Shown here: positions 1 through 11,700 of the stretch, piece by piece
Position numbering within the stretch: the first letter of the stretch is position 1
How the letters are laid out: each line of letters starts with the position of its first letter
DNA from: Tubiluchus corallicola
Taxonomy: Eukaryota; Animalia; Priapulida
Direction of reading: 5' to 3'
Length of the DNA: 64,000 nt
Assembly (NCBI GenBank): GCA_030141605.1
Contig: JAQGDQ010000331.1
Coordinates: 1-64,000, forward strand
Translations under genes and position numbers: made by a program
Notes under the pieces: model-generated
The model's input: the letters and a program-made list of their open reading frames with translations, nothing else
The model's database searches: none
Told to the model about the DNA's origin: nothing

Positions 1-363
1 TGGCAGGCTATATTCCCAGAATCTTTCCTATGTATATGATAACAGTTTGTGGTCTTATGGAATGTTGGCACTCATTAGTGTTCTTTGGTCGATTATATAA
101 GTAATGGTTCATTAATATAGAGAGCATTCTTAACTAATATAGCTGGGTGCAACAGATCATGTACTGGCAGAGAGTTGACATTCAACGTTTTGATGCAAAT
201 AATAAATGCAATCATGACTGATGAATAATCAGTAATGCCAGTTGTATTGTATGCGACATGGATCAACTTCCGCACAATACAGCAATGTTTCTGAGATGTG
301 CTTTCTTTGGGATGTTGTAATAAGGTGATGGCTGATATTTATTGCTGGCAACTAAGTGCTAAG

Positions 364-578
364 TAGGGGGCGAGCATCCAATTCGATTCGAACCTAAAAT
401 TATAGATTCGAGTAATTCAGCACTTCTGCCACATACGTTCTTTATCATTAAAATGTTTGAAACAGCATGCAATTAGCACAATTTAGTTGCAGTTACTGTG
501 CAAATTTTTAACCAACTAATAGTGGTTTTACTGCAGAACAAAATCAAGTAATATGCATGACCTTTGTAAGGCTACTTT
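364..578. mobile_element. Partial copy of a hAT-type MITE (same family as 5017-5352, opposite orientation)
   Basis: TAGGGGGCGAGCATC...GCATGACCTTTGTAAG is the near reverse complement of 5130-5352. The far end is not resolved. Confidence 0.6.
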
Positions 579-1463
579 TTACTACTCTGAGATGCACCAT
601 TTTTAATAATCTCTATTTAATATGAGTCAATAAGGAATAAAGTCGTGAGTCCGTGAGTAGGAATCGCTAGCCTTGTCTAAGTTTGTAAATTTTCATTTTC
701 AGCTGAGTAGCAGTTTCGACTGCTCACCTTGATACAAATTGAACTGAACATTATATCAAGGTTTATGATTACTACTACGAGATTGTAGCTAGGTATTCTT
801 ACTGTAATGTTAACATCGTTATAGCGAACTAGCTAGGGACCCAGAAAAAGTCTTATAATTTTACACCTAATTTTTAAGTTAGCGTTTTTGCATCAGAGAT
901 TCCTGTCACCATCGCATGCAAATCGAAAGAAGTGCGTTTCATTATTACATAAAGGCCTTAAGAAGCATTGAATGTTTTATTCAGTATTCGATGTGCAGTT
1001 ACCAACTTTGCATTGCCCTGACGACAGGTCATGTTTTCGAGATCTCAGGACAAATTTGAAAGGAGAGAGGTATTATTGCAGAACTTAAAAAGGTATCGGG
1101 CCAACTTTTGCAGCAAACTCTTCTGAAAACCATTTTTTACCAATCACTTAGCTATAGTGTAAGTATGATTTTCAGATTCATAATGATAATTACATATTTT
1201 TCATGAACGGTTTGCAATATGACAAGAATTACAAATGCTCCTTTCAAGTAGTTAGCCAAAGCTTAAATCGTGCAGTTAGAACCATTGTTATAATTCAGTC
1301 TTTGTTAAATTAGCAAACATACTCTAATGTTATAAAACAGTGAAAGGCAATCAGGAATGTGAGAAAAATATTATGAAGACCTAGCTAGATAATTGATGAC
1401 TTTAGTGTAATTAGATGCAAAATGGTTCGTCTCATCTTCTTTTTCTCAAGTTGAAGCAGTTGT

Positions 1464-1522
1464 AAACCCGTACATATTAAAACCGTACATATTGAATTTG
1501 TACATATTAAACCCGTACATAT
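1464..1522. repeat. Short tandem array of (A)AACCCGTACATATT-like units, about 4 copies
   Basis: GTACATATT recurs four times at ~14-15 bp spacing. May be a transposon subterminal repeat. Confidence 0.6.
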
Positions 1523-2456
1523 TTATTCACAAATATGTATGAATTTAGTCAGTACTGAACTTTGTGGTATTGACCCTAAAATTTCATTTAAGCTTTGGGA
1601 ATTAAAGTATAGTACTTTTGTAAAGAATATTTTGAAACAGATCTGGTGGGAAAATATGTATCCATGCAGGCATGCTTCATGTTTTAAAGACACAGTACAC
1701 TATGTGGGGTTTAATATGTGCAAAACTTTTCACTGTGTTTACCACACTAGTACTTCTATTCAGTCACTTTAACATTAGCACATAGTTATATACACATTGC
1801 TCAGAGAGTATACTACTAAGTGCCACGATTTTGCGTGAACAACATGTTCGTTAGAGCATTGTTAGCGTTTATGCATTGTCTCTTTGTATATATATGAAAC
1901 AGAATTACAACACAGCTAAAGTAAAGAACCGCACCTCTGTTTGTTCAGAATTATAAAATAATCTTATCCACTTATCCAGAAATACCAGATTCAGAAATGG
2001 CTAACTGGTGTTTTATGGCTATCTTTGACATGTTTGATAATATTCCATGCCAAAGTGTGCTTAATTTGAGCTGCTTTCCTAGCAAATTTTTCTCCCTTTT
2101 TTCTGTGATTTGGTAGTCTACTAAGTTCAGGTTTACATGACAACAAGACACTTGTGTCCTGAAATAAAGTGCTGGCCACTTGCTAGAACCAGATGCTAAC
2201 AATAACAGTTACTTTTCTGAGTTGGATAATGCAATTTCTTTATGTGTGGGCTCACAGGACAAATATGGGACAATTGTGTATTGTTAGCATCGAGTTCAGT
2301 GCTCAGTACATAATACCATTATGATTTAAACATATACTTGCTGTTCTGTAAATGACATTATTATTTTTAGGCATGTGGAAGCCTACAAAAAATTGGCAAC
2401 TGCAGGGAAAAGCTTGGTAAATATTATTTCAAGTTAGTGTGCCGTGAGTTGCTAAT

Positions 2457-3281
2457 ATGGAAACATTATTGTACTACAAATGCACTGTTTGTTCTGATTA
2501 CTTTGTGAATGAGGAATTATTCTTTATACATACAAGGGCAGTGCATTGTAAAGTATATATTTGCCAAGGCAATGACACTTCACTTATAACTGATGGTGAT
2601 ATTATACCAGCAGTTAAACAAGAACCCCTTCCTATTGATGAAGCTGATGTGGGAGATAGTAGTGTACAGGAGGGAGCATTTACTGAAAACGAAATTTTAC
2701 TGTCTGTAGATGATGTTTCTGCAGTTAACAGAACATGTGCAGGAGACATTAGTGTGACAGATTTGATGCACTGTAAATCATTAAGTCCATTTATGACAAG
2801 TAGCGCCAGCAAATGTGGTCTCATTTTAGAAAGCGATGAGAGCAAAGTATCGTCACATATACCGTTAGCAAGTACAGCCAATGTGGATGTGCTAGATGCT
2901 CATCGTTTGAGCTCAGCCACAGTTGCTTGCAACCAGTATTCCAACCAGCCATTCAAAAGCCAAGCTATATTACCATTGTCCAGGCAATCTAATGAGAAAA
3001 AACTTTTTCATTGCATGTCAACATCTGTTAAGAATGCATTTACAAAGCCAAAATGTTTAGGACGTTTACACTCAAATACTTGTGTTTCAAAAAGATCATT
3101 AGCAGTTGCAAAGAAAAGAAAAATCTTATCAGCAGCTGAGAAAATAGAAGTATCTACACTATTGGATTGTGGTTGGAGTTGCCGCCAGTTAGCTACAAGA
3201 TTTCAATGTGGTAAAGACCAAATCAACAGAATGAGATTAAAAACTGGAGACTTCAAGACAACTGCATCTAATAAAACGTGA
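2457..3281 (+). CDS. 274-aa protein with an N-terminal C2H2 zinc finger and a C-terminal CENP-B/Tigger/Pipsqueak-type helix-turn-helix
   Basis: Long ORF. YKCTVCSDYFVNEELFFIHTRAVH fits C2H2. KRKILSAAEKIEVSTLLDCGWSCRQLATRFQCGKDQINRM fits the CENP-B N-terminal/psq HTH pattern. A splice acceptor TTATTTTTAG at 2361-2370 suggests a 5'-UTR intron. Confidence 0.75.
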   Translation: METLLYYKCTVCSDYFVNEELFFIHTRAVHCKVYICQGNDTSLITDGDIIPAVKQEPLPIDEADVGDSSVQEGAFTENEILLSVDDVSAVNRTCAGDISVTDLMHCKSLSPFMTSSASKCGLILESDESKVSSHIPLASTANVDVLDAHRLSSATVACNQYSNQPFKSQAILPLSRQSNEKKLFHCMSTSVKNAFTKPKCLGRLHSNTCVSKRSLAVAKKRKILSAAEKIEVSTLLDCGWSCRQLATRFQCGKDQINRMRLKTGDFKTTASNKT

Positions 3282-5016
3282 CACATCATAAGCATTACTT
3301 TGAACAATTGCAGTATAAATGTTATGAATGATTACTAGCTTCATTATAATGCCCCCTTCCCCCATATATAATGTCAACCTTGCTTAACACCCAGTTTTTA
3401 TGTGCAAAACAAAATGTTTATGTTTGCATAGACATGTTTGTATTAATGCGCTTCGTTATAGTACCAAACTCGCTTAATACCAAACTTTTTCCATTGTCAA
3501 AGGAGGCATATAAAGAGGTTAGATCGTACTTCATGCTTTTGTTTGATACTCTTGGGTTCATGGGAACAGTATATTCTTGGGAACAGTATATGACAGGATA
3601 ACGGTATGTTATTTTTGCAGAGGCAGTCAGTCTAAATCAGTGAAAAGAAAGATCTTCTTGTAGTTATCAATTTTGGGGTAAATGCATGAGCCTGTCGGCA
3701 ACTTTGGTTGGTTTTCAATTCTTTTCTATTTTCATACTCGAGAAAAAAGGCAGAAGAGCTAGACTGGTGCATAATTTGCCCCAAGTTTAAATATTATCTC
3801 AAAGTTACCGACCCAAATATGATTCGTGAAGTTGTTTGTGTTAAAGCATCTTTCTAATTTGATGTATTTTTACCTAGATGGAAACAAAGAACAGTATTAA
3901 ATCATATTAAATTTAGTATACAATAGATAGGTTGGTCTATTACATTATAAATTCCTAGCTACATTTTAGTATAACTGATTAGTTGATGATAATAAACATG
4001 TCGACAAAAACTATGACATTATTGTTTCCTTTATCTACCAATCAACCTGTGCCTAAGGATATCCTCGATAAGGAGCATGGCCCTTGGCAGGTTACTATAT
4101 TAACTCAAATCACAAGGTTTTTAGAGGAAACCTATTAAAGTCAGAATAATTAGGTAATTACATGGACAATTGGGCATGATGCCAGATACTGCAGATCTTA
4201 CAGGCTTGCATGTTCATTCATAAACGTTTTGCCCGGGCAGAGCCAGGCAAACGGTAAATGCTCGAGTTATGCCATACTAGCGTATTTCTCGACAGAGGCA
4301 GAGCCTAATATTAAAATTTTTATTCAATTTTTCTTTGTCCTTTTCAAGGTAGGGATGAAAAAAGCCTTTTTATTTGTTGGTGGGCAGGCAGGTTAATTAA
4401 TAAGACATCCTAGAAAAGTCAAATGCACTAAAGGAAATGATTTTGAAACCATATAGTAATTGTATTACATTCATTTTATTTGTGGCTAGTGGCTACTGAA
4501 TGACAAAATAAATTAAGACAGAATGTGAACATGAGTTTATTATACAGGGGTCACATTATCACTGATCAAGTCAAATTAGCGGGCAGTGATACGTTCACTG
4601 CTCAGCCTGCCCCGTTTCCTTAAACCTTAGCAGCACACTATACTCACTACTGTCATGGGAAACTTGAATAAAACCCGTTAATCTTATTTATATTTTTCTC
4701 TGAAAGTCAAACAGCCGATGAGACATAAGCTATACCAGACAGATCGGACTGTTTGTTAAACCATTGTTAAACTACAACTATTTATATAGTGGTTAATTAC
4801 TGTTATTACAAAACATGTAGACATAGAGGATTACATAAATCCGACCTGCCACTAAATTGTGGGAACTAAAAATGGTTACTGGTAAGTCTAAAATCTGTTC
4901 TGCCAACAAGATAAGAGAGCTTTTGGCCTATAAAGCATTAAACAGTTAATTTGTTTAGTATCAGGTGTGAAAACATGCCATGTTCTTATTAGATACTCTT
5001 TTTAAATACTTATAAT

Positions 5017-5352
5017 TACGGTTGAAATTCTCTACCAGAAAGCGAACTCAAATCGAATCAAATATTGTGACATTCAAATCGAACCGAATTTCAGTAATTC
5101 AAATTGAGTTAGATTTTCGAACCAGTAGTATAAAGTGGTCTTACAAAGATCATGCATATTCCTTAATTTTGTTCTGCAGTAAAATCACTATTAGTTTTGC
5201 ACAGAAACTGCAGCTAAATTCATGCTGTTTCAAACATTTTAATGATAAAGAAGGGTATGTGGCTGAAGTGCTGAATAATTCGAATCTACATTTTTAGGTT
5301 CGAATCGAATACGAACTAAAATTCGAACTCGATCGTTCGATGCTCACTCCTA
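5017..5352. mobile_element. hAT-type MITE, 336 bp
   Basis: Exact 8-bp direct repeat CTTATAAT at 5009-5016 and 5353-5360. Degenerate ends (TACGGTTGA.../...TCACTCCTA) and subterminal TTCGA repeats. A second copy lies at 364-578. Confidence 0.7.
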
Positions 5353-6821
5353 CTTATAATATTATGTATATATATATATATATATATATGCTTGCTATTA
5401 ATAAATTTCTGGTACCATACTCTTATTAAGGATTATTTTGTAATCTGTATCTGGCATTCCAATTAAATTATCTAAAAAAATCACCTGACTTGAATTCATC
5501 TTTTCTGGTGAGTATGCTGATTTCTTCTATTGCTTACTTTGGTCAGTTTGCCAGTTCACATGGTTTTAGATTGTCGGAAATGGTGCTGACAAGGCACTGG
5601 TGTAACAACGTCTAGTTTTTTGCTAAAGTAAAGTGAAGTAAAATTCAAGTTGGTGATACCCTTCGTAGTGAATGGTAGAGTAGAGTTGAGCGTGGATTGT
5701 AAAAGAATTCTGGTAAATTTGTATTATAAACTTGACGTAGCCGTAGTTAGTAGCCTGATAGATAAATCGTTTGTTTCGTACACATGGTTAAATGTGGCAT
5801 AATTACAAGAGAATATACAAGTACTAGGAATAATAAAGCCAAATGCGAGAGCAACGTACGACGTTTACACGTTGCCCGTATTTTAAAGACTTTGGTGGTT
5901 AACCATTCTGATGTCTTCACGTCAGCCATGGTTAGACTTAGATCACCAATTTGAAAGAAAAAGGTAGTATTATACGATTATTAACTCTATAAATCAGTAA
6001 AACTAAAAAAATACAGATTTGTGAATATGACACATTGAAATCAATAATTATTGATTAATTAATATTTCTGTTAATAATCCTAACAAGTTAATAATCTGTT
6101 ATGTCCTAACAAGAAACAAGGGCAGTAAAATAATAATTTGAACATTTTAATAATATTTATAGTATTTACAATCGTAAATGTAGCTGGTGAAATAAAACTG
6201 TTAACATACATACCTTGCACACTTGAGATTATCGTCAATGGATTACAATAAACTTTAAGCAAATCACAGATAATAGGTAAGTATTGAAGCTGCAACAAGA
6301 TAATTATGCAACTGCAATGCACAGCTTAACATGTGGACTAATAAATATTTTGTAAATAAGTGATTTCCTACAAATAAATATCAGTACTTAATACATTTAT
6401 GTTATGAATAAATGTTTTTTCATGAACAAGGTAGATCTTGTACAAACAATCTGATTTCCCACAAGTAAAATGTAACACTCTGTAAGTATTGTGTTACGAA
6501 CAAATGTTTTTATATATAGATAGTTTATACAGATAAACAGATTCGCGTTTTCTACTAATATAATATAATTAACAACTCGTGTTGTTTCTTTCACATTTCA
6601 TTACCTTAGGAGAATTTGAGAAAGTATGATTTAAAAAATATGAGGGCTAAATAGTTAAAGAAGCATCTAAGTTGAAACATGCATGCAGAGAAAGCACTCG
6701 ATATTTTTTTATCAAAGCACAAGCAAATAATAGTAATTGTAATAATAATAAAAATAGACACTATGTGTGTATAAAACAAGCAGAAAGAAAACTGGCAAAA
6801 GAGTAAAACACATTGTGAGTC

Positions 6822-6959
6822 GCACAGACCTGATACTATGTTTAGTGGAGTGAAATATATTCCTCCGTCGTGGTACCATTAATACATGTAGCACAGACCT
6901 GATACTATGCTTAGTGGAGTGAAATATATTCCTCCGTCGTGGTACCATTAGTACATATA
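6822..6959. repeat. Tandem duplication of a 69-bp unit
   Basis: GCACAGACCTGATACTATG...GTGGTACCATTA.TACAT.TA starts at 6822 and again at 6891, nearly identical. Confidence 0.9.
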
Positions 6960-6989
6960 GTTTCAAAATAGCTTCACACCACAGTTATG

Positions 6990-8390
6990 ATATGAGATTT
7001 TATATTACAATACTTGTACTTAATCTCACTTGGGGATTGGAGACAAAATAGATATTGGAACACCGAATGTGCAAGGATTAAAATCTGATCTTAATGTAGA
7101 TGCATTTAAAAAGATCTAAAAATATAAACCTAATATCCTAATATGTAGGAAACATACTTGAAGACCACAGAAGATAGCTACCTAGGGAAAACATACAATT
7201 TCTTCAACAACAGGAACAACAATACTTCTTTTCTTGGCATTGATTTTATATATATATGACAAAAGCTTGAACTGTACTTCTGATGTAATAAATCCAACAG
7301 GTTACTGCTAGGAAAACAGAAATGGCTTGTAAAGAGTTTACAATAGTAAATGGGTATGCTACAACATTACCTAATAGTAAGAAGCGTTCTCAAGTCAGGG
7401 ATGATTTTTATGATGATATTGAAAATTCTATTCCGAAAAGCTCAGTCTTAGTATTTTGAGCTGATTTTAATGCAAAAACAGTTTCTTTGCATGAATCCCT
7501 CCAACAGTTGTGAGTCAATATGGAAAAGGGCAAAATTAGTTGAAACTGCAATACTAAACAATCTGGTCTTTGCTAATACAGCTTTCCTTACATAAACTGG
7601 CCCACTTAATGACATGGGAATCCACCATAAAATAAAAAATCTTATAACGGAGATCCAAGAAAAAATCCAATACAAAATCAAATTTATTATATACTAGTCA
7701 GGAGGCTTCATGTGCCTATTGTCAATAATTCAAGATCCTATGCAGGTCTACATTTAGATACAGGTCACTCGCTAGTAATGCCAAGTTTCAACACTCAGTG
7801 GACCAAACTTAAACGTAAAAGAAGCAAAACGTAGATTTGATATTGAAAAGCTGAAAGATGAGCATGTACAAACAAACAACATCAGCAAACAATTGACTGG
7901 AATCTTTCTGTACTGGAAACAAAATCAAGTCATGAACTGGGATGCAATAAAAGAAGTTGTCAGAGAAACTGCTAGTGAAATGCTGGGCTATTCCTCACTG
8001 AACACCTTCCATGTCTTTGATGCTATCATTAGAAATTTATCGCATAAACAAAATAATCTCAAGAGCAGCTTCCAACAGATGCAAGATTTATCTAAAATTG
8101 CTCTACTCAAAAAAAGAGTGAAAACAACATTTTGAATCAAATCCATGACCGCAAAAAGAAAATCGAAGATATCATAATTGGAAACGTTGTTGGAGGTATT
8201 AAAAGCTCCACAGATGACTTAATTCGGTATTATAAAGCCATTTGGATTCTCCAAAATCTCAACAAATGACGGCATAGTAATAGATTCTGCTGGAAAGTCT
8301 GAATTAGTCTGTGATTTCTTTAAGAATACTTTTTACAGTGAAGTTAAAGAATCACTGGGACGTATTTCTTCTAAGAGGACTTTAAATTAA
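6990..8390 (+). mobile_element. Degenerate non-LTR retrotransposon (RTE/CR1-like), APE endonuclease region
   Basis: Frameshifted peptide pieces IVNGYATT..., DDFYDDIE, ADFNAK, NQI.YILVR, NSRSYAG..., GHSLVM and WDAIKEVVRETASEMLG are typical of LINE ORF2 endonuclease and linker. Many stops; boundaries approximate. Confidence 0.65.
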
Positions 8391-8703
8391 GTTTAAAGAA
8401 TGTTGTTAATGAAAATTTTATGCTTCAATGCACTCTAGCAGTACCTTGTAAATCTTATTTCTCTTACTTGTGTGATAGGCAAGTTTTTATGAAAATGGTG
8501 GTGCCATCTTCAAAAACTATTGTTATGCAGATAAGTTTTGATAAAAATTGGTCAAGTTGAGACTAATGATATTCATAATGATACCACATGTATATATATT
8601 ACATGTTTCATTCCCTGACAATTTATGTCATACTAGTACATTTCATGGTATTGTCAGTTGCTTTGACTTGGATAGTCTGCCTAAGCACTTTTTTGTTTTA
8701 AAG

Positions 8704-11700
8704 ATTCCAACGATATGAATGACAACGACAGCATATCTGATGAAAGCATTTACTCAGAGTTGGCAGAAGCATCTAGCTCAAGTCATGAACAGTCAGACAT
8801 TAATAGTAATGATGATTTTGGGGAAAGTACAAGTGAAGTGGAAGATCAAGTGGTAGGTATAATGATTTAAAAGTCCTATTAATAAACTGAATGTTCATGT
8901 GTATATTAAGTGTTTTTCAACGCAGCTACAAGAGAAGAAAATAAATACTAACACGTAATTCTAGTGGTAGTCGTCAACTACCAGCTAAGTTTATTTCAAG
9001 TGCTGTTAAAACATTTACGATTACTCTTCAGCATCACATTTATACAAATATAATAGGTGCTTTATGTTTCTATTTTTCTTTAGATACACTGATTGTACTG
9101 AATAAGATTGATAGGAAAATACTCGAGTATATAAGTATAAAATATTATATCATGTATTCATAACCTGGTTTTTTAACTGAAAAAAAGAACTACCAAACTT
9201 ATAAACAATCAAATTATGAAGTTGTTAATACTATTACGTGTTATATTAAATATTACTGTGATTACCTAAACAGTATTTTATAGTGTTAACTAATTTAGCT
9301 TGTGACATAATTTTGCCATTTCTTGCACAGCAAAATGGTCAATTCAAGGAAAACTTATGAAACAATTAATATGCCATAGTAATGGCACAGCAGCCTTAAA
9401 TTTAAGATTTATTATTATGTGCAAATATTTGTGTGCAACATAGCTTAACTAACAGAACAAGGCTTTTAACAGTAAGTAATCTGCATATATATTCTTTTCA
9501 GTTATCAACAAAGAGATAGTGCCTAATGTTATAATGAGTTTTATAAGATCACATTCATTAGAAAAATTAATATGCACTATCTAATGTAATTATTTATATA
9601 AAAAATTAAAAAGCCTTAAATAAAAAATTAAGGATCATATAATCTTTGATCCATCTTTGTGAAGATGCTTTAACTTGCAGAACTCATTCGACTGTAGACT
9701 ATAACTAGCAACTAAAACAAGTGCTAAATGAGTAAGTGCAAATGCAAATACACATTCAGTAGAAATACAAGAAAAATAGTAACAAATGAATAATTACTGA
9801 TAGCAGGATACAATTAGCCTACTTTTATTCACCCATGTTATTTATTTCAGTGTTATAAAAATGCTTGCAATCTTTGTGCTGTATCTCTATATATTAATTT
9901 CGATAGCAAATATATATATATATATATATATGTATGTATCTGTATATATAACCGATTGGGGCTACAGCTCTGACGATGGCACCATTTTCAACGATCTATA
10001 TATCGAATGAAAGGTCTCGACCAACAGATTTGCACCTGGGGGTTTATTTTTTGAATCAGGCCCACCGGGAGGTGAAACCTCCAAAAATGGTCTTTTCTTG
10101 ACTGTTTTGTTGCAAAAATTTGCAAAACTTACACTCCTTATTTCTAGTGAATGGGAATGTCCTAGTAGCAGACTGTGCTGGTAATGGTTGGATAGACTGT
10201 TTAACGATGGGTGTACTTGTCACATTTAGAATTTGCGAGAGGGCCGCCGCGTCCCGCCGTGGGCGTTTTCCCGGACCCTATACGCGATCTTTTATAAATT
10301 TTGATCAAACAGTGTATAGAAAAAACCGTTCAGCTGCAGCTGGTGTGACTCTTGGAAAGAGATGTATAGCTCTTTGGAAAGAGAAGGAATAAGGCTACAT
10401 GGTGATGTGGGTCACATTTTAGAATGCCTCCTCCACTTCGAGCTGCGTCGAGTTCATTGGAGGTTCCATTTGGGGCAATTCTCGCTTAGCTAATTGCTGG
10501 CGTTTTGCATTGTGACATCATTCCATTGTACCTTGCCTATAACTTTGCTTCAGTAAAAGCTGCTGCTGACTTTGCATTAGGTAAATAAATGAATACTATG
10601 TAGGATGTTTGCACATTATTGATTATAAGTGTATTTAAATGCAATTTTTTGCAGGGTCTTTGCTAGTATAATAATTAAATGGGCTAAATTTATTTATTTT
10701 TGACTACAAACAAAATATGTTGTCGTGACATAATCCTAACCCTTGTTGTAGAGGGTATATATATATATATATACACACATTTCTTAATTGTTTTTAAAAA
10801 TTGCTTTTATGCTTTTTCTTATACAAACTGGCAAATATAAACCACGTGTGTGATGTGAATATATTCAAATCTGGTAACAGTAGAGAATAGTTCCTTGGTA
10901 CCATTTGTGGGAAACTTAATAGGGAAAGAGCTTTGGCAACAACACTTTTAAATTTACATAATAGTTCACAGCAGAAAAAGATCAAAGATTCTTCAGGTTA
11001 GTCTGACTAGTCTGTTCTATCACAAATAGAAAATAGTAGGCACATACCGGTATATAGACATGTTAGGGTTAATAAACTCTACTATTTTCTTTAGTTAAGT
11101 TTTTGAGGTATATACTTATAACAGAGAAGCTCATAGCAAAATTAATATGCTGTATTAAAATTTATTGTGGCAACAATGATGCTTGATAATATAATATTGG
11201 GTATCTGAGAGACTGAGACAGCATGTAGATTTTCTGGCACAATTTTTAGATATTTTTCACAAATCTATAAAATATTTTTCAGTGCAGATAATGCCACTGG
11301 CATTCAAAACAAAATCCCATAATTGTTAGGCCAGCACAGTGAAGAAAAAGTATAACATTGTAGTTTCACTGCATATTTGTAAGAAAGTATTCAGGTACAT
11401 ATCACAAGCTATTGGTTGGCTACTGTAAAATATTAACTACTCAAGGCAAAAGTGCTTTAACAAATCTCTATTTCCAAAAAGAAACTACAAAATTCAATGA
11501 AATAGTAACCTACAGACTGCCTGACAAAAATAACCAATGCATTAGTTGCATGATAGTTTTGTGTTATAGTGTGCAGCATTATCTTAGTGTTTGTTTTATT
11601 AGCTTCTGTATTATGAAAATGCCCCCCTAAATGATAAGAACTCGAACCTTTTTATCGGTAACATTAGATCCATTATTTTTCTTTTTTCTCGCTGTACATT

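Noticed and set aside
364-5352. A 5-kb composite transposon with ~220-bp inverted repeats enclosing the zinc-finger/HTH gene
   Set aside because: The right-hand repeat has its own 8-bp TSD (CTTATAAT at 5009 and 5353), so it is a self-contained MITE. The two repeats are most simply independent insertions.
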